Notes under the pieces: generated by a model | Databases searched by the model: none | The model's input: the letters and a program-made list of their open reading frames with translations, nothing else | What the model was told of the DNA's origin: nothing | Position numbers and translations under genes: made by a program | Part shown: piece by piece, positions 45,852 through 64,000 of the stretch | How positions within the stretch are numbered: position 1 is the stretch's first letter | Layout of the letters: each line of letters begins with the position of its first letter | NCBI GenBank assembly: GCA_000004695.1 | Contig: CM000153.2 | Location: 4,992,001-5,056,000, forward strand | Direction of reading: 5' to 3' | Length of the DNA: 64,000 bases | Origin: Dictyostelium discoideum | Lineage: Eukaryota

Positions 45852-48315
45852 ATGAAAATTAATTCATTTTTAATAATATTAATATTATTATTTATATCAA
45901 TAAAAAATAGTAATGGAGAACCAGAAAAAAAATTTAAATTAATTACATTGTTGGCTGCACATGTTCAAGATTTGGGTTTTAATAATATGGTGAATAGAGG
46001 GCATGTTGAAGTTTCAAAAGCAATGAAATTAGAAGATTCTCAAGCAATTGTGGTGGTTGGTTATAATGATACAATTAGAATATTGGCACCACTTGTTGCT
46101 GTTGGCGATGTTGATTTAGTTATTTGTTCAAGTCAAGATCATGCTCAAGCATGTAGAGAATTAGCTACTAAATATAAAGGTTCTTCAATTAAAACTCAAT
46201 TTTTAGTGAGAGGTAGTGGTGAAGCAACTTCCAATTTAATTACCTATTCCTATAATTATGCAAATGCAAATTATATTAGTGGTTATTTTGCAGGTTTATA
46301 TACAAAAACCAATAAAATTGGATTTTTATCACCAGGTGCCATTGATAATAATAATGATTCATTTGTTTATGCTTTTTGGTATGGTGCTAAAAGAGCCAAT
46401 CCAGATATTTCATTTTATTATTATAATATTGGAAATTATTTAAATCCAGATAAAACTGTAGCTGCCACTAAAGATTTACTTGATATGGGATGTGATATGG
46501 TAGCCGATACTTTAAATGATTTTTCAACTGGTAATACTTTAATTGCAAATAATCGTAAAACCGCCATGGGTACAAGTGGTTTCCCTCAAAGAGATGTCTA
46601 TGGTGAAGATGTAATATACAGTTATAATTATAATTGGTTTAAATTATTTTATCCAGTTGCCCAAAGTGTTTATTCAGGTAATACAAATAATACAAATTGG
46701 TATGCTGATTTCAATTTAAATGAAACCATTAGTTTCTTTGGTCTTTCATTTAGTTTTACCGTTCCAAATGAAACTTTAACAAAATTCTATGAAGAATTAG
46801 ATTATTTAAAGAGAACACCAAGATTATCCCATCCATATTTTTGTAATGATTTAATGTATGAATATGCAAAAAAAAATCATTTAACAATGTCTACAAATGA
46901 TTCAACCCATTGTTTAGCTAATAGTCAATTTACAAGAATTAATGCACCTTTCCCTGGTATGACTTGGTTAGGAAATTATGAAATTACATTAACTGAAGTA
47001 AATATTTTTTTAATTTATTTTTCTTTATTTAAAAAAAATAATTATTTTTTTATTAACAAAGTTTAAATTATTTACAAATTAAAAGGTTTATCAATCAAGA
47101 CCAATTCAAATTGCAATTTCATCAATTTCAAGTTTTTTCATAGTTACAGTTTTGGTAATGATGGGTTTAGTAGTCAGATTTAGAAAGAATCCATCAATTC
47201 GTTCTGCAAGTCCAATATTCTTAAATTTTATTTTATTTGGTGCTTTGATTATTTATGTTGGTATTATAATTTGGAGTAGTTCAATTAATTCTGCTTCATG
47301 TAATGCTCAATTTTGGTTGGTTACTCTTGGTTTTACAACTTTAATTGGTAGTTTAGTAGTTAAAAATGTTAGAATTTGGTTAATTTTTGATAATCCAGAA
47401 TTGAAATTAGTTAAAATTACAAATCTTCAATTGGTTCCATGGGTTGGTGTTTGTTTGGTAATTAATATCATTTTAATGAGTATATTAACATCAGTTGGAG
47501 ATTTAAGAGAGGTAAATGCACAAGGAATTGATTCTTTAGGAAAATATGAATTTATGAGAATTTGTAAAATGAATAGTTCTGGTGCATCAACATTGTATAC
47601 TATTTTAGCATACTTTGCAGCTTTACTTTTAATTGGTGTATTTGTTTCTTGGAAAATCCGTATAGTTGATATCTTGGAATTTAATGAATCAAAAGCAATT
47701 GCAAATACTCTTTATGCCATTAGTTTCTGTCTTTTTGTAATTGTACCATTAATGATTTCACCACAAGATAAACAATCTGAAAAGATTATTTTATGTATTG
47801 CAGGTTTATTCATTGTTACAGCCGCTGTCTTAATTATCTTTGTCCCAAAATTCTATAGAGTTTATATATTTGGTTCTGGTGGAACTAGTGATATGTTCTA
47901 TAAGAAGAAAAAGCAATCACCAGTTGCAACTGCTCGTGCAGAAAGTACAAGTAAAGGTTCAAGTGGTGGTGGTGCTGGTAGTGGTGGTGCTACTGGTGGT
48001 AGTGGTGTAAAAACAAATAAAAGAGGTAATTTAGTTTCTGGTGATTTTTCAGATGACACAGAATCTTCATTATCAGAACCAAATAAACCTGTTAAAGTTG
48101 TTGCAGGTGCTGTATTAGCTGAATTTACTGATGATACAATTTCTGATTTAGATAATATTGATCAACCAATTGAAATAATTACAGAAAATGGTCAAGATAG
48201 TAATAATAATAATAATAATGAAGAAAATAAAGATAATAATATAGAAAATAATAAAATTAGCGAAGAAATTAAAGAAAATTTAAAAAATGAAGAAAATAAT
48301 GATGGTGATAATTAA
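45852..48315 (+). CDS. Family-C (GABA-B/mGluR-like, Grl-type) 7TM receptor with an N-terminal BMP/PnrA-like periplasmic-binding domain; 2 exons (45852..46997, 47086..48315)
   Basis: Signal peptide. VVVGYNDTI…FAGLYTKTNKIGFLSPGAIDNNNDSFVYAFWYGAKRANPDISFYYYNIGNYLNPDKTVAATKDLLDMGCDMVADTL fits the BMP-family profile. Exon 2 codes 7 hydrophobic helices (FLNFILFGALIIYVGIII…, FWLVTLGFTTLIGSLVV…, and so on). The donor GAA|GTAAAT and acceptor aaaag|GTT are phase 0. Confidence 0.7.
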
Positions 48316-48460
48316 TAATATTATTATTATTATTATCATTATGTATTTATATATAGAAAAATTGTATAGACAATAAAATAAAATAAAAAATAAAATAATT
48401 TATTTATTTTGTGAAAGTTAATATTTTTTTTTTTTTTATTATTAAAAATTATTAAAATTA

Positions 48461-50885
48461 TTAAAGATTGCCTGATGGTAAAGTATCAGGTATACCTGTA
48501 TAGAATCCATTAACTGGTTGAACATTTTTATTTGATGCTTCAATATAAATATTGAATTCCCAGAAAACATTATAAACTTTAGCACCACCACGTTCAAAGT
48601 ATTCATTACCAGTTAAAGCTAAATTTACAGCTTTGATAAAGAGATGAGTTTGATCGAAATAATATCTTGTACCATTACCATTTCTAACTTCAGAGGCAGA
48701 GTTTGCCAATACAAAGTTGTAATTGAATTTGTTATTCCATCTGTATGCACATCTAATTGAGAATTCTGTATTTGCAGGGTATGGGATAGCCACAAATAAA
48801 TAGTTATTCTTTATGACTTGAGCAACCCAAATATTTATTGAGGTTGGTGTACCTGTTGAGAACCATAAATACCAACCCATATTTGAAACACCAGTGATAC
48901 CTGCATTTCTTGTTATGTTTGTTGATCTTCTATTTGTGATACCATTACCGAATAAAGAAGCAGTACCAACATATGAATCTTCTTCTTGATTAGTATAACC
49001 ACTTTCAATTAATCCAGGAACGAGTACAGATATTGAAGCGATTTCTTTATCACCTTTATCACAAACCCAACATAACCAATCATTATTATAGGAACAAGTA
49101 GCATCATATTGCCACCAATTTTGATGTGAACCAACTAAAGTTGGTGCACCAACAGCAGTTCTACCAGGAACCAAACTTGTATCCCAATCAATGAAATTAA
49201 AGTATCTACTACTTCCAGTTTCAACAACACGATGACCAATCACTTGAGAAGAAGCAACATTGGTTAGTGTGATTTGCTTTGTTGCTGAAATACCTTGAGG
49301 TTTGAAAACATCACTATGTGTCATTGAAATGATGACTCTATTATCAGATTCTGGATTTTCTGAATCTGGATCTTTAATAAAGTTTCTAAAATTAATATTT
49401 GATAAAATGGTTTGAACATAGGTATCATAAAATTGGAAACCTTGTCTGTTTCTACCTTGATTTGAAACGATATTACCAGATTGACCATTAACAATTGCAT
49501 TTGAAAGCCATGCTTGACCAAACAATGTTGATGGTCTAATTGAATCATGACTTTCCAATCCAACCACTTCAACTCTTTCACCCCAATGTTGAATACCTCT
49601 ATTTGAAAGATAAATTTTAGTATTGTTAAATCTCATCCATCTTTCATTTCCATCTTTTTTAGTACCATTGAAATAGGTTGATCTTGAAAATCTACCACTA
49701 TTATAGGTTAAAAGTTGAGTTGCTTCATTAAATGTAAGATTACCACCAACATAAATTGAACCACCTTCTTCAAAATAATAACCACTACTATGTGCTGTAT
49801 TACCTGTAAATTCTTTTAATGGAAATTGTGATGGTATAATTGAAATTGTTCTATGATTACCAATTGGCTTATCCCTATAATTTTAAAAAAAAACAATTAT
49901 TAGTTTATATTTAAAAAAAAAAAATTTAAAAAAAATACTTACAAATTTGGGAAAGCAAAACCACTCCAACCTCCACTTGCAGCATTACCAACCAAAGAGT
50001 TATATGCATTTGTTATATAATAACACCCAGCAGCTATAATTTTAATAATATTAATAGTTAATATAAAAAAAAGTTAGAATTAAAAGAAGAAAAAGAAAAT
50101 AAAAAAAAAACTTACCTGAATCAGCTGGTTGGGTTAATGAGTCAGATTGTTGGAAAATTTCACCAGTTTGACTTGGACCACCAGCTGGCTTTCCAATTGG
50201 ATGTACATATGAAGCAAAATTGAACCAAATGTTATTATCAACTTCAACACCATCTTCTAAATAATAACAATGACCACGAATATCAAAAGCAACATTACGG
50301 ACTAGACTGACATTATTTGTTCCATGAATTGTATAACAACGATAATAACTATTAGTTACTGAACAATCAGAGATATAAGAGTTTTTAACTGTACCTGCTA
50401 AATGATAGTGAAGTGGGTATCTATGTATATTGATAAAGTACAATGATTAATAAAAAAATAAATATATATAAAATAAAAAACTAATTAATCTTTTAAATAA
50501 TTTAAAATTACCTTGCTTTTATATTAGTTTGACCCATACGAATTAATTGAATACCAGAGAATTGACCTTCACCATTTACTAATACATGACCACCAAATGA
50601 TTGAGAATCAGTTTGTTCCTGACCATTACCATCACCTCTAAAAACAATTCTTCTTGAAAGTAATGCAACTTCAGCTTGATATTCTTGACCACCATAATGA
50701 TAATATCTAAGTGGTTTGGTAAATTGAATAACTTTACCTTGAATAGCTGCAATTGTCATAACTTCATTTTGGTTATCAGATTCATCTCTATATACACTAG
50801 TTGTAATTAAAACTTGTTGACCAACTTCCCAATTAATTGAATCTTGAACATAAATAACATAATCACCACTTTTATTTATAAAAAT

Positions 50886-50932
<47 letters not shown>

Positions 50933-53138
50933 AATTGTTAAATATACCACTAATAATGAATAAAGTATATTATAATTTAATTATAAATACTTACGTCCAA
51001 GCAGTTGTAGATAATTTTGTCCAAGTATTATGATATTGTTTACCTTGAACACTAATGAAACCACCAGAAGCAACAGCAATACCTTTTGAACCGAAATATT
51101 GAGCGATTGTATCAGTAGTTGTTTTATTACCATGGAAAATAACATTAATATTGGCATTATATCTACAAGTATTGGTACCCATAGTTAATTTACCTTGAAC
51201 ATAGATATCTTGAACATTGATTGTCATTGGTGAATCACTGAATACTAATTCACTAGTTGGTGGAATTGTAATTTTTTTATAAACTTCTGTTTGTGAGATT
51301 GAACATGGTGAAATCAATACTCTTTTACCTTCTGGTAAAATAATATTTGACGAAGGTAATGGAACAAAACCACTAGCCCAAGTGGATGGATTATGCCAAT
51401 GTACTAAATCAGTTTGTTTATATGTACAACTTGATGAATCTTGTGGATCTAATAAAGTTGATGGTCTTGGTAATGTTAATAACTCAGAATCTTTTGATAA
51501 AATATTTGATGGTGTTGTAATTGATTTAGATGGAATTGTAATTTTCATATCTTTAATACTAATTGAAATCTCACTTGGACCAGTAAGAGCAGCAGTACGA
51601 TTAATTTGAAGTGCAAAAACAGCAGAGCCAATATCTTTAGTTGGTGAAAATGTTATACTTGTTTTGATGAAATTGGAATTGGATATGAAATTAGCACCAC
51701 TAAAAGTTTTCATATATAATGGTGGTTTGTTTGAGTATTGGAAATATCTTGAATTACCATTTGGATTGGTAATATCTTTTGGATTAAAGAAATAGATGGA
51801 AACGTTTGAGATAGATGTATATTCACCCAATGGTTGACCCAATAAAAGCTCAAGACTAAATTCATAATTTACACCAGATTTTAAAGTTGGTGAAGGATCT
51901 TTTGAAACTAACCAATGACTATTTGGACTCCATGTAACATAAGTTATATTGAATGAGTTTTCAACTGGACCATCGAGTAAACTAACATTATTCCATTGTG
52001 CCATGAAAACCAAATTTGATTTTCCATAATTAAAATTAGTAGCAGGTTGAGTTGTGAAAATTGATGGTGAATTTGTTGAAGGTCCACTTGATGCTGGTGT
52101 AACTCTCCAACTATTATCAATTGGGCATGTTATTTCAAGATTTCTAACAATCGCACTATTACCTGCTGATATTGATAGTTTTGAGCTTGAACCACCATTA
52201 CAAGTACCAGTAGTAGTTTGACCGGAAATTGTAGTTGTACAACCTGGATCTAATGTTACACTTGGTGAATCAATTGAGATTGAACCTGAAAAACCATTTG
52301 AAAATTGTAAATCAATATTTCTAGTTGTTTTCAATTCAGCAATGGTATTGGATGGTGAAAGTCCTAAATTGGTGATTTTAATATCAAGACTTGAACAGAC
52401 CTTTAATGATGAGAATACAACCAATTGACCAATTGTTATTGAATGATCTTTCACCATTGAACAACTATCAATTTCAATTGAATTTGCTATTAATCCAACT
52501 ATATTTGAAGAACCAGAATTTAATTTCAATTTAAATGATTCAAATTGATAATTTGATGGTACTCTAATTTCAATTTTAACTGATACATCTGATAATGATA
52601 TTGATTGAATTCCATTAATCATTAATGATAAACAAATAAAACCAATTATTAATATTATAATTGATGACTTTTTATTTGTTGTTGTTGTTGTTGCAAATAA
52701 TCCAATAGATAACAAACTTGCAATTAACATTGAAATCCAATTAAATCCAACTAATTTATTACTTGAAGACAATTCAGTAAAATCACCAAATGTAACTGTA
52801 CTTTTATCTTCAGATACAGTGATAATATCATTAATATTGGTTGCATCACCTTTAATTGATGTAATTATTAATTTTGGTGTTTTAATTGTATCATCTAAAA
52901 TATAATTAATTTTAGTCTTTTTTTTTTTAAAAAAAAAAATAAAAATAAAAATTAATAAAATATATAAATTTTTTTTTTTATATGAACAAAATTTTCTAAT
53001 TTAAATACATACATCGACTACACTTGCATCAATTGCAAAATTTTTGTTTGAGATTTCGATTTCTCCCAACAACTGTTCACATTTGACTATTGTGAAAAAT
53101 AAAAATACAACGAAAATAAAATATTTAAAATAATTCAT
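48461..53138 (-). CDS. G8-domain plus parallel beta-helix protein (TMEM2/CEMIP/PKHD1-like); 6 exons (53138..53009, 52894..50995, 50868..50512, 50420..50116, 50033..49943, 49874..48461)
   Basis: Signal peptide MNYFKYFIFVVFLFFTIVKC. The G8 motif is HWHNPSTWASGFVPLPSSNIILPEGKRVLISPCS…VFSDSPMTINVQDIYVQGKLTMG. Beta-helix-like repeats follow (YPLHYHLAGTVKNSYISDCSVTNSYYRCYTIHGTNNVSL…). Phases were checked at all five junctions (1,2,2,1,2). Donors are GTATTT, GTAAGT ×3 and GTAATT. Confidence 0.65.
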
Positions 53139-53321
53139 TTTTTTTTTTAAAAAAAAAAAAATTAAATTAAATTAAACAAGAATAAATAAATAATAAATAA
53201 ATAAATAATAAATAAATAAATAAAATAATTTATTGAAATAAATAAATTTAATAAATGGGTTTAAGAAAAAAAAAAAAAAAAAAAAAAAAAATATATCCAA
53301 CCAAATCTTTTCAAATGATTG

Positions 53322-53352
<31 letters not shown>

Positions 53353-53799
53353 ATATATAAAAAATAAAAAATAAAAAAAAAAAAAAAGATATTTTTAATT
53401 CTTATAAAGCTTTTTAAAAAGATTTGCCCACATTTTACAATAATAGAAAAAGATATTTTTTCTAATCGGTGGTTTTACTTTTTTTTTTTTCTAATTTTTT
53501 TTTTTTTTTTTTTCTCAAAAATTTTTTCATTAACAAACCATCAAACACTTTGGTGAACTATTTTCTTTTTTATTTTTTTTAGATTGTTTATTATTTTTTA
53601 AAATTCTTATATAATTTTTTTTTAATTCTAATATTATTGATTTATAAAAGATTTCCAATCATTGAAAATTTTGTTTTTTTTTCTAATATATTAGAAAATA
53701 GTTTTTCTTTTTTTTATTTTTTTTATTTAACATTATTCACAATTAATGTTATAATAATAGTAATAAATTCATTAAAGAAATATATGTTTACACTAAAGC

Positions 53800-54095
53800 A
53801 CCACGCTCAACAATATTATCAAAACATTTATTAGCTGATTATAATAATAGTGAAAAACAAATTATAAATGAAATAGAAATTGTTATGTGAAAAGAAAAAA
53901 AGAACAGATTATTTTAAATTAAAGAATTTAGAAGAACTCAAACTGTTACATAACAACCCAGGGATATTGGAACAACCACAAAAGTAAAGAATCAATTGTG
54001 CAATTAAAATGAATGGATGAGGAATTGATTGAATGCTTGTGTAATTGAAAAGAAGGTTTAACTTAAAGATATGAATTCAATTCAGATGTTTTTAC
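53800..54095 (+). pseudogene. Degenerate partial duplicate of 56000..56300 from the large gene that starts at 55649
   Basis: …ataatagtgaaaaacaaattata…tgtgaaaagaaaaaaagaac…aagaatttagaagaactcaaactg…tgtgcaattaaaatgaatgga…gaattgattgaatgcttg…gaaaagaaggttt is collinear with gene sequence 56040–56290. It carries substitutions and an internal deletion and has no intact ORF. Confidence 0.65.
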
Positions 54096-54099
54096 AGGG

Positions 54100-54756
54100 G
54101 CCCAAAAATAATGGTGCATTAATGTTCCACACCCTAATTTCCAGAATCGAACCAGCAATCTAAAATCAACATCCAAATTAATATTATATGAATGCTGTAA
54201 AGCGTGAATCAAAACTAACTTTTCAGTTTTTATAATTTTCGAGTTTTCGTTATTTTCGGCCGAAGAGTTTCGAACGAAAACTCTAAAATATATAAAAACT
54301 AAATAAATTAATTATTATTTTAATTATTATTGTTTAATTGTTAATCATTATTATTCTTATTATTATTACTATTATTAATATTATGATTATTTTTTTTTTT
54401 TACCTAAAGGCGGTGTATTGTTATATTTTATTTCATTTTTAAGTTTTTAAATTTTTATATTGTTATATGTTGATATTTTTGGTTATATTATGATTTCTTC
54501 TACTTGGTTTTTTTTTTTTTTTTATATTATGATTATTTTTTTTTTTTTTTTTTTTTTTTTTTGATATAAATAAACTATTGTAGTATACAATTAGTATGTT
54601 ATTTTTATTTATTTATTTTAGGTTTTTTAGTTTTTGTGAATTTAAAATTGTATGTTATTTTAGATTTGATAATTAATAATTAATTGGTAGTGTAATTGTT
54701 GGAATTGGTTCATTTGTGTTTATGAATTAGTATGTTATTTTTATTTATTTATTTTA

Positions 54757-54793
<37 letters not shown>

Positions 54794-55176
54794 TGGATTA
54801 ACAAGATTGATATATGTCCATCTGTGTTAATACGAGTTTTATTTAATATTTATTTAAAGGCTTATCATTTAAGCTGAAGGGTTATTTTAATCATATGAAT
54901 TGATCAAAAGATATAATATTTGGGAGAGATGATTCTGGAATACAATAGTAATTAGCTGTTGTTTTTCTTAGCTTGATCGTTGAAGTGAGAAGGATCTTAG
55001 GATCTTTGAAGTTATTATGGTCTTTTGCTGATAAGTTTTTCAGATCTTTTGCTTTTTTGATAATTTAGGTTTTTTAGTTTGTGAATTTAAAATGGTATGT
55101 TATTTTAGATATATTATGATTATTAAAACTTATTAATATTAAACAATGTAATTCATTACACAAAAACATTAGTTTG
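54100..55176. repeat. Non-coding repeat-rich spacer downstream of tRNA-Val
   Basis: An approximately 80-bp unit (aattagtatgttatttttatttatttattttaggttttttagtttttgtgaatttaaaattgtatgttattttaga) recurs at about 54590, 54722 and 55060. The motif 'atattatgattatttttttt' occurs at least 4 times. An 11-bp inverted repeat gagttttcgtt/aacgaaaactc lies at 54238–54284. A B-box-like GGTTCGATTCTGG sits on the minus strand at about 54132–54144. Confidence 0.5.
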
Positions 55177-55250
55177 TATTCAGAGCGGGAATCGAACCCA
55201 CGACCTAATCCGTGTTAAGGATTCGTGATAACCGACTACACCATCCGAAC
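55177..55250 (-). tRNA. tRNA-Val (anticodon AAC)
   Basis: Reverse complement reads GTTCGGA-TG-GTGT-AGTCGGTTA-TCAC-G-AATCC-TTAACAC-GGATT-AGGTC-GTGGG-TTCGATT-CCCGC-TCTGAAT-A. The anticodon loop is TTAACAC, giving AAC. The acceptor stem has two G·U pairs. Confidence 0.8.
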
Positions 55251-55528
55251 TAATCGATGAATTTAAAAAAAAATAGCTCTACCCCAATTTTAGAAAATAA
55301 ATGCAAGAATACTTTATATGGACGCAGAAATGATATTTATTTATTTGATAGAATTGGTTTTTTTTTTTTTTTTTTATCAAGATAAAAAATGTAAATTGGA
55401 AAAATAAAATAATCCATATTTAATTTTTTTTTTTTTTTTTTTATCAAGATAAAAAATTTATTTTTTGTAATTTTTTTTTTGCTATTTTTTTGAGAACAAA
55501 ATGGGAATTTATTTTTTAGTAAAAACAT

Positions 55529-55559
<31 letters not shown>

Positions 55560-55648
55560 GCCGACATCCGATTTTTTTTTATTTTTTTTATTCTTTTATT
55601 TTTTTTTTTTCAAAATTATAATTAATTTTATATAAATAATTTTAAAAG

Positions 55649-58777
<3,129 letters not shown>

Positions 58778-58877
58778 AAATAATAAAAATAAATAAAAAA
58801 TAAATAAAAAAATAAATAAATAAAAAATAAATAAAAAAAAAATAAATAAAAAATAAAAGAAAGAATAATTTAATTCG

Positions 58878-58923
<46 letters not shown>

Positions 58924-58965
58924 GTTTGTACAAATTTGTTTTTATTAGTGTGGTATATATTAAAG

Positions 58966-64000
<5,035 letters not shown>

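Noticed and set aside
50105-50125. U1-snRNA-like 'acttacctg' string
   Set aside because: It is the plus-strand complement of a minus-strand GTAAGT splice donor of the G8 gene. It is not an snRNA gene.
54125-54150. Possible third tRNA gene suggested by GGTTCGATTCTGG
   Set aside because: The flanks cannot be folded into acceptor, D and anticodon arms. I kept it only as a B-box-like motif.

Overview
This 64-kb window looks like nuclear DNA of a social amoeba (Dictyostelium discoideum-like). Base composition is about 75–80% A+T. Coding runs of (AAT)n and (CAA)n give poly-Asn and poly-Gln tracts. Introns are short (about 70–130 nt) and AT-rich, with GTAAGT, GTAAAT or GTATGT donors. Homopolymer A/T tracts are long, up to about 60 nt. 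I see nothing prokaryotic: no CRISPR arrays, no operons, no Shine-Dalgarno spacing. The supplied ORF track uses bacterial start rules, so many 'M' residues are TTG/GTG/CTG codons and ORF ends are not gene ends. I rebuilt exon-intron models by hand where splice signals and reading frames allowed.

Gene content, left to right:
- a GATA zinc-finger factor (2 exons)
- a glyoxalase/VOC protein
- two small secreted Cys-rich proteins
- tRNA-Phe(GAA) with a downstream external B-box, followed by a tandem pair of 5'-truncated TRE3-type non-LTR retrotransposon copies. The pair is bounded by a 16-bp target-site duplication.
- a multi-exon type-I membrane glycoprotein with an EGF-like domain, and its large paralogue further along
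- an FNIP-repeat protein
- a GNAT acetyltransferase
- GatA (Glu-tRNA(Gln) amidotransferase A)
- an intronless gene that looks like a bacterial DUF4269 / nucleotidyltransferase-fold protein
- a 7-exon LRR plus tenascin-type EGF membrane protein
- an RppH-like Nudix hydrolase
- a secreted mucin-like Ser/Thr/Gly repeat protein
- a universal stress protein
- a GT10 alpha-1,3-fucosyltransferase with a long C-terminal extension
- a P4-ATPase flippase (3 exons)
- a divergent actin
- a family-C (Grl-type) GPCR whose extracellular part is a BMP/PnrA-like periplasmic-binding domain
- a 6-exon G8-domain / beta-helix protein of the TMEM2/CEMIP type
- a roughly 300-bp pseudogene fragment duplicated from the large gene about 2.2 kb further along
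- a repeat-rich spacer and tRNA-Val(AAC)
- a 1042-aa hypothetical protein
- the C-terminal roughly 5 kb of a very large Q/N-rich protein with a MED25-type PTOV/ACID domain. This gene runs off the window and contains one of the two 100-N assembly gaps.

I found no sign of a new multi-gene system of the kind described for prokaryotes. The observations most worth following up are:
- the DUF4269-like gene as a possible horizontal-transfer candidate
- the cluster of three EGF-domain surface glycoprotein genes within about 21 kb
- the architecture of the two tRNA-linked retroelement insertions
- three predicted introns in which a poly(A) run sits directly before the AG acceptor
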